From assembly GCA_964057225.1 (NCBI GenBank), contig OZ059897.1, positions 6,820,001 to 6,884,000 on the forward strand: a stretch of DNA of 64,000 nt, written 5' to 3'. The DNA is from Auanema rhodensis. Lineage: Eukaryota > Animalia > Nematoda. Position numbers and translations under genes: made by a program. A model generated the notes under the pieces. The model saw only the letters and a program-made list of their open reading frames with translations. It was not told the origin of the DNA and ran no database searches. Positions 50,573 to 64,000 of this stretch are shown here, in pieces (positions within the stretch are counted from its first letter, which is position 1; every line of letters starts with the position of its first letter).

Positions 50573-51926
50573 ATGACCTTGTTTGATACTTTAACAAAGC
50601 TTTTAACTGATTCGCTATTGAACTGTACTACGGTGGATATACCTCATTCAGATTTTTTTCTGAGAAGTATGTCATATTGTATTATTCAATTTATATGTAA
50701 AATTTTCGTTATTTCAGATCTTCCACAACCATTTCTCGTAGGCTTAACTATAGCAACAGCAGTATGTCTAACAACCGTCTCATTGGGTGTCTTACATATT
50801 CTTTATATTTCTATGTATGTTACACAATCAGATCGAAAATTATTTATAGTATATCTAGCTAGTACTGCTCCGGTAAGTTATATGTAGATGTACATCTTAA
50901 TTATATATTATATTAATAGTTTGTCTCGGTATTATCACTAATTGCTATGTATATGCCACGAGTATGGTTCCTCTCGCATTTACTCAGTTTCTTGTAAGCT
51001 TAATCTTTTATGCAAATTTTTGAAAAACATATTAATTTCAGCTATTTTTCTGTTGCCCTTTGGGTTATCATATGCTTGTTAATGCAAATATTCGAGGGAC
51101 ATCATTCGTTAGTCTCAAAAATGAGCGAAAGATTACAGCATATTGAAGTAGCAACTCCACCATTCTGTTGTGTTTTCCCTTGTTTACCAAAAGTAGCCAT
51201 GGAAAGGTACGGCTTCCTGTTCAGCTTTCTAAAGCTTAATATTGTGTTTTTCTAGCCGAAAAATTCGAATTTGTGAATGGATGGTTTTACAAGCTCCCTG
51301 TATTCGTCTTCTAGCCACTCTTGTATCACTTGTTATCTACTTTGAATATCAAGACAAAGGATTAATGTATGTTTTATCATAATTATATGACAAATCATAT
51401 ATTTTCAGTCCACTGAAGGTTCTTGACTTCATCACTCTACCTTCTATTCTTGCTGGAATCTATGGAACACACATTCTCGTCACAACCGTATCTCGTTTGG
51501 TGAGTTCATGCTCCAGCTCTTTTTAATAAAATTTTGATTTTTATAACTATTAGCATATAAATTATAGGATGAGCTATTAAGCTATAGATATATCGTTGTA
51601 TTTCGATTACTCGATTTCTTCTTCATGCTTTTCGGTTTACAACAGCCAGTTTTTGATTTCTTAGCCCGTTATGGTGCATTTGGATGTGGATCCATCTTAC
51701 CAGCAATTGAGACATCATTCTGTATGTTTATGTCATTTCAACTTTCTTATAAAACTTTATATTTTCAGTTTGGAAAAACTTCTGTACCATATTAGAATCA
51801 TTCTTTGTCACATTAATTTCAACAATTCTTTTACAACCATCAAAGTCATCATTCTTCGACAAACATCCATCATGTCGATCTAGCTCAGCTGCACCAAGCC
51901 ATAATACTTTAGAAACAGAAGCATAA
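50573..51926 (+). CDS. osta-2: Organic solute transporter alpha-like protein (TMEM184/OSTalpha family), osta-2 orthologue; the exon begins at 50558, so an upstream exon is possible
   Basis: LTKLLTDSLLNCT, AMYMPRVWFLSHLLSFL, ATPPFCCVFPCLPKV, YFEYQDKGL|VPLKVLDFITLPS, FRLLDFFFMLFGLQQPVFDFLARYGAFGCG and LLQPSKSSFFDKHPSCRS closely match C. elegans OSTA-2 as I recall it (not searched). Confidence 0.9.
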
Positions 51927-53857
51927 TTCTCTTCTATAATCTTTATATTTTCTATTTTTCTATTTCATCGTGAATTATAATGTTTTAATCGTTTTTTTAA
52001 AAAGCAACTTTATCCTTTTAATCATAACAGGAAATAGTTGCAAAAACTAGATTAATCAAACATCATTCACAATGATATTAAGAAGCTTGTTAGTTTCAAT
52101 AAGTTGAAAATCATCTAAAGTAGTATCTAGAACAAGATATCAATTTTTAAAGATTTAACCTCTATCAAATAGAATATATATTTTATATATATATGTATAT
52201 ATTTACATATGTACATATACATATATAGCCTTTCAAATACAACTTTTGGTTTGACAGAAAGAGACATTTCAAAGAAATCGCCCTGTCTGTTTACATCGAA
52301 TGCAAAGAAAAAAAATCATAATTTCATTCAAATATGTTATTATTACTATAAAACAAATTTTTTTTCTTGTATTTGAAGGGCTTTACTATATTTATATAGT
52401 GTATAGTTTTTTTTTTAGAAATAAAAAAGAAAATAAGAAAGAAGATATTGAATTGAACTTATGCAATTTCTTCTTCAACTCGTTGTGCGCCGTCCCATCC
52501 CTAATGCTTATGCTAGTCGAATGATCACATAACACAAAAAAACAAAACAAATTCATTTACATTTTTCTTTCAAATTCATGTTTTAGGTATTTCTTCTTCT
52601 ATTTTCACAGATGAACCTAATTATGAACTTTTAAACAATATTGATCTCACTTATATAATAATTACTTGTATATTATACCATTGGCCTTTTATCTTTTATT
52701 ATTATTTTTCTTCTTTTAAAGTGCCAATATCATTTCACGAATACCTGTGGTGCTGATTAAAAACAAAATTTTTTTAACATAAAAAACACACACGAAATGG
52801 TCAAAAGACGAGTATATTATTATAATTTTTATTTCTTTTATTTTTCTTTTTTTTTATGATTATTATTGTAATATTTTCATTTTCTTTTAATTTTATCTTC
52901 TCATTTTATTTTGTATTAAGAGAAAGATGTTGATTAAAGTGAAATAAAAATATTTTATTTACTATTATGATTACAAATAATAAAAATATATTTAATAATA
53001 TAATCAATATTGCAAATATATATATATAATATATAAAATAAATTAATAATATACTATATACTATAATAATATAATATATACTCTATATGTACATATTATT
53101 TTGATTTTATTTAAATAAAAATAAATATAATTCTGATATTTACAATATAAATATAATCAATAATACAACTTCATTAGCATATGCGTGAAGTTCACGTGTA
53201 GTGCTATTATGAAGTAAAAATTAATTTTTAATAGTTGAAGCGTATAAGATGAGTTGCATTCATGTGATCGTTCATTCAGTTTATTCATATTATTGAATTT
53301 TCATTCTTATAGAAGTTTGATCTTATGATGTTAAATATCTACATATTGTATATGTAGATATAACAAAAGAGATGTTATTCATAAGATATATGAAAAATTG
53401 TTATTTTAACTAATATATATATTATATAATATATAATTTTTTTCTTTGATGTATCTGTTATACTTGATATTTCAATAATACATTGTTATTTGTAAGAAAA
53501 ATAAAAAGAAAATCTCTAAAGCTTATTGAAAGCTTAAACAGTTCAGAGATTTGTGAGATAGTCGTCGGATATTGTTCTAACTCATGTGACCAATATATTT
53601 GTATTTTCTATGTTTTTTCATCATTTTCTAATAATCATATATATATATATATATATATATAGTTTGTATATTAAGCTTATAATCATTTTGAAATTATAGA
53701 AGAACAATTGAAAAATACAAAAAATCTGTTTATTTTCGATAAAAAATCTCGTTATCAATAATAATACTGATCAACGACGATAAATAAGATTGCAATGGCG
53801 ATCGCTTTGTACAGACATGGGCCGTCGATTCATAATCAACTTCTTCTCAACTGTTGT

Positions 53858-55783
53858 TTACTGAAAATTTAGAAGTTTCACTGTTACTGATCATCTTCAG
53901 ATGCTTCAATGCCTTAATTCAATCTTACCAATTTGGATTGTCTATCCATCCATCCGTTGATGAGTGATCCAATCTTATCGTCTTCCTTCTCCTTGTTTTC
54001 ATCAGTAGAAACTGGCTGAAAGAGAAAACGGTTGTTATGCATTTGACGTCTGAGAAGTCTTGATTTCATACCTTACGGGCTTTAACTGGAAGAGCAACAG
54101 CAGCAGCAGGCCAGTTAGCAGTTACCTTAGCAACATCAGGCCAGTTAGCTGGCATTGGTGGGACGTAGTTGAAGAATGGGGCAGCTGGTCTCCAGGCAGC
54201 TCCGTAAGTAGACCCTAAAATCAGGAACCATCATGAGAAGAAAAAACTATTCAAAAATAAAATTTGAAAAAAAAAATTGTCTTGTCTTTTCAACTACTTA
54301 GTCCGAGAATCAGCTGCATCAATCTTTGGACAGCGTATTTGCTGAGCAGCATTAGAATAGCTTACGGAAAACATTGCACAGCTCAAGAACTGTGTGCAAT
54401 CACCTGGAGGCGATACAATGCTCGTGTGCCTTTCGTCTCTTTTTCTCGACTTATTGCCGGTCATCAGTCAGTGTATAGCATCCGGTTAGATGAGAAACTC
54501 TCACTCCAGAGAACTATGTGACTGTTCAGCTTCTGTTCTTCTCACTCTCGTCATTGTTATTCATACATCACTGTTCCTATTTAACTATCCTCTCTCATTG
54601 AGCTATCACTTTTTCGTACTCTTTCATATACCCTGACCATACAATCCGGTTTGCGATTATGTTGGGTAGCGGAAAAAGGACAAAGAAGAAGAAAATCAAA
54701 GGAAACTCAATGTATGAAGAAATAAAAAAGAAAACAAGAGAGAAATCGAGTCAAGATGATTGAATGTAGCTTGTTCTCAGTTTTCTATTCAAACAGTTAC
54801 ATGTCCGGTCTTCACAATTGAACTTCGATAGAAGAACATAATACACGAAAAGATCATTTTGAGCATTAATTCTCAATTTCTCAAGTCTTATGGGTTTCTG
54901 AAGTCGTTGAACTCAGCAACAACCAAGCTATTCAATCATTTCTATTGTATTTCACTTACAGATTGGGCAACAGAAATAAGGTCCAATATCGACGGAGTTG
55001 GTGGCATAACAGTAAGATTGTGGTGGACACTGTGGCCATGGGCGCTTAGGGTCACATTCGATTGGGAGAGATGGTCCTCCTGGGCATTGTCCAACTGGAG
55101 CTACAACAGCTGGTTGCATAACTGGAAAGGATACAATAGTATACATTAGCAAAACAACGCAAGGTGACGTTGTAGACGTCATTGAATTTGACTCATACCG
55201 GGGACAGCTGGAGCAGCAAGAACTGGAGCAGCGGCAACTGGAACAGCAGGACGAAGAACTGGAGCAGCAGCCATGGGAATAGCTGAAATTGAAGAAATTT
55301 GTAAAGCTGATATGGTTACAAGTATTGAAAGATAAGCCAGTCTCTCTGACTCATGTGCACTAAATCACAACTTCGTGGAAACAGAAGTTGAAACTAGCAT
55401 TGATGTATGAATAAAATTAATAGTATTACTGTACCTGGGGCAGCAAGAACAGGAGCGCCAGCAACTATGGGAATGTTACGAGGAACTTGAGCGGCTCCGG
55501 CCATGGGCTGGATGTATTGTCGGCGTTTCTCACTCTTTGGAGAACTTTCTTCTGTAATTTTCAATAATTAATAATAATATAGGAGTCGTGAAAGGGGTGT
55601 TGCTGAATCGGAAGATTCCAATTTTCAAATATTAGAATGAATGAATCGAGAGAAATCTGTATGATTTCTTAGTTCGATGATGGGAATTCCGATACAAGTA
55701 AACGATAAAAGCTTACCATTGACTGGAGAAGCGAAGGCGATTGCCAGGCAGGCGAAACCGAGGAAGAGTTGCTTGGAGAGCAT
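53858..55783 (-). CDS. Secreted Ala/Pro/Val-rich (AAPV-repeat) protein with a Cys-rich WR1/lustrin-like module; probable cuticle/apical-ECM protein
   Basis: Signal peptide MLSKQLFLGFACLAIAFA; KRR|QY basic cleavage-like site; AAPV/AAPA repeats; CPGGPSLPIECDPKRPWPQCPPQSYCYATNSVDIGPYFCCPIW. 7 exons, the last contributing only the TAA. TATAA about 35 nt upstream; AATAAA near 53730. Confidence 0.85.
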
Positions 55784-57660
55784 GATTGCTGTGCTTGGAA
55801 AACTGTCAACCTTCAGCTTATAAAGGCTTCAGAAACTCAGGTGGGAGGGTAGGAGCCACGAAAGATGATGGAGGTGGAGCCTGAACGGAAAAGCCAAAGA
55901 GCGCACTGTCCTGATCGCACTGTAACCTAGTCTCTCGCCTCGGGCAATGTCTGCTCTCTCCGATGTCATAAGTTTCTGCATCCTATCTATCAGTGAGAAA
56001 CTCATATTTTCTCTTCTTCTATCGTATTTCTATCAATCTCTACGAGCCTCATAGTTCGTCATTCTTCTCACCTTCCCCCCATGTCCAGTCGTTCTGTTTT
56101 CTCTTTTTCATCTCCGCATCTGAATGCTCCATCAGCGACCGGTCAACGTGCCGTGTGTGCGAAGTGCGACGCGAAAAACTTTCGAAAAGCCGCCTTTCTG
56201 TCGTTCTTCCCCTTTTTCTCTTGTAAGAAAAAGAAATTTCAAAAAAGAGTGGTTCAGGGAGAGTAAGAGGGAACAGTGAAGACATAGAGAGATAGAGATA
56301 GATAGCTAAAGAGAGAAAGAGAAAACGAGATAAGTTAATGAGTTGACTCTCTATTCTCAATTTCTTGAGATTACAAAAGTTTTTTCCATATTCAGTGCTT
56401 AGGTACAGTACTTATAATACAGTAATACAGTAGCTTGCTCATAATTTTCAAGATTAGAAACTATTACTTGTAGCTTAGATGTTAGTTTTTAAAAATCTGA
56501 ATAAAGCAATAAGAATATATTTAATGAAAAATTAAGAAAACAAATATTTAATCTTTGTTCAAAATGTTGCTGGCTAGATGCTTGTAGTTTGAACAGTTTG
56601 AATTTAATTTCTTCAATCTTTGTCTTCATGTTTTTCATGAAAGAATATGTCAATTAGAGAAATTATTGTTTATAAAGAGTTGTATTTCACAGTTCATATT
56701 TCAATGTTTTCAAATTAGTACTTGATATAGCCTTCTCCTTCTCCTTCTTCTTCTTGTTTCAAAATCAAAATAACCTCTGTGTTCTTGCTGCGTGGTGCAT
56801 CCTTCCCACTGTTCTTGCTCCTTGTTTAGACAAGATTTCAAAAATAGGCCTGTACACCTGTTGCAACAGAGTTCAGGAAAAAAAATTTTCTCAAAGAAAT
56901 TTCAAGAAATTCCGAAGATGAGCATTGCTCTGAAATTCACGAACAGCATGATTAGAAACGTTTAACAAGAAAGAACTTGAGCTGTTGCAAACCAGTCCAA
57001 GTTCACAGCGAAGTTTCTTTTCACCTCAACGAAAACGTTTTTATAAGTTTTCTGCTAAAATACTTGATCTATAATCATTAAAAATCTTGAACGTACTATT
57101 CCCTTCTTTAAATTTTGAATTCAATTGTTTTTTTGTTGTTGTTAAAATCGCCTAAGGCAAGTGTTTGAGCAGAATGTAACCAAAGTCACAACTTATTTGA
57201 TCTATCGAAACAGTTGAGATGATGACTCGTCGTTTTCATCTCAAATTTCAAAATATTTCTTCATGGAAACGAAAAGCTAAGGTTTTAATCTTCTTCCTCT
57301 TATAGGAACAGGAATTGAATGTCAATCAAATACTATTTTTTCTGTTTTCTCATTGTATTTGTTTGTCAGATTGTCATCTTTGAAACGGAAACTTGTAATG
57401 AATTCTCTCTGAATGTTTCCTTTTCTAAACTTCTATAATCCTTTCTCTCTTGACATTGGCCTTTGTTGCTTTCGTCTTGTTTTGTTTCATTATGAGCAAC
57501 AGCAGGCCTCAATGTATCAGACGATCATTGTTCAAACAGTTCCTACAGCCATTTACGTCGTTTGGAGCAAATTCCAAATCTGCTGCAACGACAGCTCAGC
57601 GCGAATGTCATCGTGGCTGAACTTCACTGCTGAATCTCTGCTATTAGCTGAATTCAAGCA

Positions 57661-57888
57661 TTACATTTCCACAAATGCAAGAAGTTGCCAAAAGACATTA
57701 GAGGCAGAAGTGATCATTAATCCCTCTGCATGCCTTCTCATCACCATATGCTCCTTGAATCTTGAGAAGGTCCAGTCTGAATGAGAGCTGTCAAGCAGAT
57801 CGGACAGCAAAGTATCATTTCCGATCTTGATCGCTCTCCGCAGAAAGATCTCCAATTCATCCGACGATCTAATAGCTTGAAGTGGCAA
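57661..57888 (-). other. Coding-like segment (orphan exon or degraded gene/TE relic)
   Basis: GC-richer island with open frames on both strands in the same codon register (SSDELEIFLRRAIKIGNDTLLSDLLDSSHSDWTFSRFKEHM...); no family recognised. Confidence 0.3.
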
Positions 57889-58759
57889 TCAAGATACCAG
57901 AAACGAACTGTTGAAACTAATTCCTCATCCTTGATTCAGCTTCAAACGTAATGCTTTTTGATCCAAGGGGATATGACGAAATCAAAAGCTCAAAGGAGAA
58001 GATCGAATACTTCATTATTACGAATTGTATTCAGCTTTCATAGTTTTTATAGTTGAAGCTGCATTTCATAGAAATTTTACCATATTTTCACAAGAAAACA
58101 AACTATTTGTTACAGATCTTCTGTTCTAGTTTGATCATTCAAGAAGCATACGTGTATTCAAACGCATAGAGGGAAAATGATTATTGCTCTCGATCAAACA
58201 TATGTAAGACCACGTTCAGGACGTTTTCATCAAGCCTGATTTGCTTGCGGAGTTTCCGGTCAGAGAAGTGTGTGAAAATGTAAATAGAAAGGCCGTGTGA
58301 ACCGGTGACCGAGACCGGACCCGATCATCTTAATTCAGGGAGCAATTCGCCCTTGTCTTTGCAGCTTCCTATACAATCTTCTTATTCTTCTCAATAGCTT
58401 ATAAAAAGGAAAATAGAACAAGAAGACAATTAAAAAAGAAAAATGAAAAAGAAATAATAAAAATAATGAAATGAATAGAAAAATAGAATTACTAACACAC
58501 TGTGAACATTGCTCTTTGAACTTTGAAAAATTAGCATATTTCCTACTAAAATTAAAGAAATTAGAATAACAACATCTTGAGAAGCTCACGTAATCACGTG
58601 AGTAATTATTCACTTTAATAGATCTTTCTTACAATGAACGGTTGTATCCATTAACTTCTCAGCTATGCATCCTGTTTCCGATGATGCTTCTCTTTAAGTT
58701 TGAACAGACGAGCTTGTTGCAATGAGTATTATTTTTCAAATATAAGTGTATATATAGAC

Positions 58760-58765
<6 letters not shown>

Positions 58766-58794
<29 letters not shown>
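58766..58794. repeat. (AT)n microsatellite; another at 53638-53661
   Basis: Dinucleotide run visible directly. Confidence 0.95.
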
Positions 58795-58799
<5 letters not shown>

Positions 58800-59808
58800 A
58801 TTATAATGATCTCAATATATCCATTTGAGATACTAGACAAGAAGTCACAAGCTGTCATGTTGTCCTCTACGACGTCTTGGCTATAATAAGCAGAAACTCA
58901 AACAAATTTGGATCAGGATTGCTTCATTCATTCCAGCTTTCTCCGGACATTAACGGATCCAAGGCATCGTTGGAATTAACAACAGAAAAAAAAAGGACAA
59001 ACAGCTTTCAAACACAACATTTTAAAAATGGAAGACCAAAAAAAATTTTTTTTTGTTGTTGCAAAATTCTTGATGAAGATGTTGCTTGCATCATCTTTTA
59101 CTTTTGATATAGAATAATGCTTAAATCGGTATATTTATAGGGAATATTTTCAAATTTTTGACTAAAATGATAAGTCTTTTTAGATTTTTAAATCAAAAAA
59201 AAAGAAGAATTTTACAATACTCGTTCTATAATATTTATTTGTAGAGAATTGTGGCTACGTGTGGGGGAGAGAAGGAGGGAGGGAGTGAGTGGAGCCCCTG
59301 TTTTTCACCTTCTATGTATGTTTCAAATGACTGGCATTGCTAAGCCGAAAAAAAGTCATATTTTTACTTCTATCTACTTGCTTTGGAATATTTTTTTATA
59401 TTCTAACTCTTTAGAATCTTATTTAGTTCCTTCATGAAAATTTTCAATATATTTTTAAAGTTTTATTGAAGTTCTTTGTAGTGAAAACTGACCAACCAAG
59501 TAAAATTTACTATGACTTGGACGGATGTGATGAAACTGACGTCATGTTTTAAGGAAATGTAGATGAGAGATAGATAGAAATATCCAAATATACTCTTTTC
59601 TTCTCATTTGTCTTGCCCCTCCTGCATTCTCTCCATCTCCTTAATTTCCTGGAAGTGCTAGGAACGATAGCTACGAAGTAGAGAAAGATCTTCCTCAATA
59701 TCACTTGCACGTAAGCTTTCACGGTTTCCCTCACATACATACACACATAGACAGATATACACATACACAGTCTCACTCACAATCACACTTCAGATCACAT
59801 ACCCACCA

Positions 59809-59839
<31 letters not shown>

Positions 59840-60655
59840 AGAGAGACCGGAGCTGATTGAGAGAAATTAATCCAGTCGTTGTGGGTGCAGTCAGCCGGTT
59901 TGATTGGATGGCCAGCCTGTTTGCCTTTCAAAATTTGAAACTTTTACCCGGCAGTTCCAAATATTTGAACAGGCTGTTTCATACTTGAGAAAACAATTAT
60001 GGATAACAGACATTTTTTGAAGGGAACTTATTTCCAATCTATTTCTAATAATAGTTTTTCGAACAGCAAAGCCTATTGTTGATATTTAAATGAGAAAATT
60101 TAAGCAAAAGTTCAATCTCTGAGCAGTTGTAGCACAAGTTCAAAATCCGATTTCTTCAATTTCTTCTTCTTCTTCTTCTTCTCTAGAGTTCAATAAATCC
60201 TTGGTCTTGCTTGCTTGCTTCAGGCAACATTCTACAGTCTAAGAGCTGAACAGACTAACAAATGGTTTTTCTTGTCAATTCTAAAGCCAAATTTCAAAGG
60301 TGAGAGCAATTGAAACATATACATAAGTGGTGTATGCATAGACTTGAAATGATATTTTTCTTAAAAAAAGAAAAAAAAACTTTATTTGTCAAGCAATATG
60401 CTGGTCTGGTCATTGGTGAATGTCTGAAAATAGTTTTATTACAGTATCTTAAGTATGCGAACTATCCGATTAAAATGAATACAAATAGTCAAAAAATGTT
60501 TCTCATCCATAGAAGAGGGAGATTCAGATGAATAGTTAGTAAGTAATAAGTGATGAGTTATGAATTGAATATTAGTAAACGATATCTCTCTATCTCAATG
60601 ATATCTCTCTTTTTCTCTCTCAATGAAACCTCTTTCTCTTCCAATGAACCATCTC

Positions 60656-60688
<33 letters not shown>

Positions 60689-62817
60689 TTATCTCAATAA
60701 AAGCTCTTTTCTCTCTCTCTTCCATTATTTCACAACTAAAAAATGTCTGTAATAGTAGGAACTGAGATCGAAAATAAAGAGGTTGAAATGCTTTGTTTGT
60801 CAAACTCAACTGAACTGTTCATTCAGTTTCATTCATTTCTTTGTTTCTTTTTTTTTTGATTTTTTTGTAGTACAACAAGTGTGTTTTATTCAATTTCGTC
60901 AACTAGGTTCAAATTGTTCTGAAAGAATATTTCCCAAGACATATACACACACTGAGAGACATATACACATACATACAAAGCTTGTTGAATGAGTCAATCC
61001 ATTAACAATATTTCGATTTGAAAACAAACGTTTGTTTCTATATAACATGTTCTATAATGAGAAGAAATAACTTTATTTACTATATAAGCTTTTTGATTTG
61101 AGCGCTCGAACGGCCGAAAAAATGAGAAATGTGTGTCTACTGTGATCACAAGCAACATAAGTTAAAAGTTTCATGAAATCATTGAGGAACTTCTTTAAGC
61201 GATCATTAATTTTGTCCAAAAGATACAACGAATTGATCAAAGATTATCTTCTTTACTATAACAACTTTTCTGTTAAATTCTATTGTTTGCAAGTGCACGT
61301 ATAGCCTTAAAGATTTTCAAGGAAATTAGTATGATATACTAAGAATCCATTAAAAGAATTTCCTTTCGTTGAGTCAACCCTTCTTCCTCAATTTTCAGAG
61401 AAAAAAAAACAGAAAACTTTTTTTTTCTTTATCTCGTACATAGAAAATTGCTGCTTATGACATATCACATATGTGTATGTATCCTTAGCAGCATCAAGCA
61501 GCAGTCGCATCAGCAGCAGCGATGAGGACGATGGCACTCATCTTAACTGTTATTACTACTCTATTTTTCTTGCTTTTTTCATCATTTTTCCAGCATAAAA
61601 ACATCAAGAAAGGAGAAAAGAATTGTAATGTTTCTTAAGCCTTTTTTCCTTCTTTATATATATTATAATCTTTGAAACATGTGTACATACATACACATAT
61701 ATACTTACTTCTTTCTAAGGCTAATACATCTATCTTTAACATCACAATCAAAGCAAAAAAAATACTTTTCGTTTTAAAAAAAACAAGAAAAGACAAAGAC
61801 AAAAGTTGATGCAAGTACTGCTTCTCGACCACATGAATTGCATTTATTTCATTTTCTCTTTTTCAAAATCTTTTATTTTATATTCTTCTTTCTTCCTTCT
61901 TCTCCTTTTTTTTCCATCTTCTATTTTTTTATTTTTTTTTACTTATTCCTATCTAGCAATTATTTTAAAAGTTTTATAGTTTTTAAACAATAGTAATTCA
62001 GTCTGTCCTTACTCTCTTGCTAGATTTTGCTCAGATTCAAAATCCAATATCTGCATTAAGTACTCTCGTAAAACATTTTTCACGTAAAGGTCATTTGACG
62101 TGAAATTTATTTTGATTTTCTACTCTGACTGCATGGCTGCATTTCATATTTTTCCCCTCAAAACTTTTTTTCCTTAAAATAAGCTTACACTATGCTAATT
62201 TAAAGTTTTCTAATTTCAGATTGTATCTACTGGGGGACTATTCGACGTTCAAGCTTTCATCGTACTGTCAAATGTTCTAAAAATACTGTTTTCACTTAAT
62301 TAAATCTAAAAAAAATATAATTTATATGAAAAACTAATAGTTTCGAATTAAATATTATTGAAGAACAAGAAACTATTATCATTTCTTTTCTCTCATATTT
62401 GAGCTAGAGCTTATTAAATTATGTGAATTTTAACATCAAAATATTACATTTTGTTTGAATTTGTTATATTTGTATTTTTTTTTGAGAAAAAGAGAATATA
62501 CTGAAGCTTCAAAGATCTTTATCCAAATTCATTTGTCCTCTTTTTTCTGTTTTTTTTTAATTTTAAACGATAGAGATTCAATGTCTCTACTGCTGATTTG
62601 CAACAAGTCGTTGATGGGGAAAAGCTTCTTCAACAAAAAACCGGAAGGAAATGCTAAACCTGCATAGATAGGAAGAAATATCTATTGTTGCTCGGAACTA
62701 AATTAACCCTTTACTTTTGAATCGTTTTCATCAGGGAACTCTGAACTAGATATTTCCAGGCTTATCGAGTGTAGTTTCATCCTGGCTAACAACTTAACTT
62801 CTTACTTCCTTACATCC

Positions 62818-62865
<48 letters not shown>

Positions 62866-62965
62866 CTCTCTCTCTCTCTCTCTCTCTCTAATTTGCATTC
62901 TCTCCATCCATCATTTTTTCTTTTCTTTTCTTCATTTTTATATTTTTTTTGATTCCTGGAGATAG

Positions 62966-63114
62966 GTGAAGCTTCCAGAGCAATATCTAGCATGTTACAT
63001 GATCGTAAAGTCATGGCTGTGTTTGATGAAACAATAACGGAAATGCAGGATAAGTTGAAAAGCGGCAACATCGTCCTACTTCCCTCCAAGCTGATTGAAA
63101 ATTTCTTCGAATAA
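62966..63114 (+). other. Candidate terminal coding exon of an unresolved + strand gene
   Basis: GEASRAISSMLHDRKVMAVFDETITEMQDKLKSGNIVLLPSKLIENFFE* follows a pyrimidine-rich tract and AG; GC content is higher than in the flanks. Confidence 0.3.
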
Positions 63115-64000
63115 CAGAAAGTATGTCGATAAGTTTGTTTTTTGTTTTTGTTGTATCTGTTAGTAATTATAAAAAAAAATACAAAATGGTTTTTTCTTGA
63201 AATAAAAAGAAGAAAAGAATTTTTTTTGTGAAAAAAAAAGTTCCAAAAACTCATACGATTGTTAAAAAAATGCTTTTTTTTTCTTGTCAAACTGAGCAAG
63301 GCATATTGAGATTGAGAATCAGGTTCAAGTATTTATATTTTTAATCCCAAACATGATTGATAACCAAACAACATGAGTTATATTAAACGATCTTGAAGAT
63401 GGCTTAAAAGAACGGAAATAAACGATTGAAGAGACAGAGAGAGGACGAAGGGATAGAAGAGAATAAGAGAGAGAAAAAGAGAGAAAAAGAGAAAGTTAAA
63501 AGATAAATGCAATCCGGAAACACCGTCCTCCCGTAATGGTAATTCACTTTAATTCGGTGATAATGTATAAATTAGCTGATTTACCATTCAAAGTTTCTAA
63601 GATTTATAATGAACTAAATGTTATTTTCCAAATGCTTCTCCAAGAAAAAAAATGATTTGAGGGAAGCATACGATTACTTGAAATCTTTCTTTTTCTTCTA
63701 TAAGAAATTATTTGAATCAGAAAAATATTTTTCCTCATCATAATCAAAAGCATCATCATCAGCATCATAGTTAGCTTTTGCCTGATATATAGGTCTTCTC
63801 AATCGACAATTTTTTTTTATTTTTTTAATATATGGTCATTACTTTTCTTTTTTTTTCTTATAATTCTTCGTATTTTTTTTTGAAATTCAAAATTGGTGGA
63901 TTTGACCTGTCAAACGAGTACCCATTCATTCTGTTTTATCTCAGCTTTGACTACTTTCAGTCACGCTATTCATCTTGAATTATCACCAAATTTCAACAAA

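Noticed and set aside
53927-53935. C-terminal SKL on the AAPV protein as a peroxisomal signal
   Set aside because: The protein has a clear N-terminal signal peptide and a Cys-rich module, so it should enter the ER before PTS1 could act.

Overview
This is eukaryotic DNA from a rhabditid nematode: AT-rich, with many very short (about 40-60 nt) GT..TTTCAG introns and trans-splice-like acceptors just before several ATGs. The six-frame ORFs are therefore mostly exon fragments or noise, and I rebuilt the genes by hand from splice signals. 1-17 kb holds a Rab-like GTPase, an orphan secreted protein, a Ctr copper transporter, a TCP11-like gene, ATP synthase subunit e, a peroxisomal (SKL) 4CL/luciferase-like acyl-CoA synthetase and a serpentine chemoreceptor. 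18.5-39.9 kb is the most unusual part. Two protist-type lysozyme paralogs (here lysA and lysB) are followed by a very recent nested tandem amplicon with units of 5891, 5306, 5891 and 1052 bp. Each full unit carries an inverted intact lysA, a 5'-truncated lysB, and an intron-containing gene built from in-frame 585-bp repeats. Each 585-bp repeat encodes an RNase H1 hybrid-binding (Cauli_VI-type) domain, with 3, 2 and 3 domains in the three gene copies and no RNase H catalytic domain. 40-50 kb is largely non-coding and microsatellite-rich. It is followed by an osta-2 orthologue, a secreted AAPV-repeat/Cys-rich protein, and a poorly resolved final 8 kb. A paired TCACGTGA-like palindromic motif recurs in AT-rich spacers across the window.
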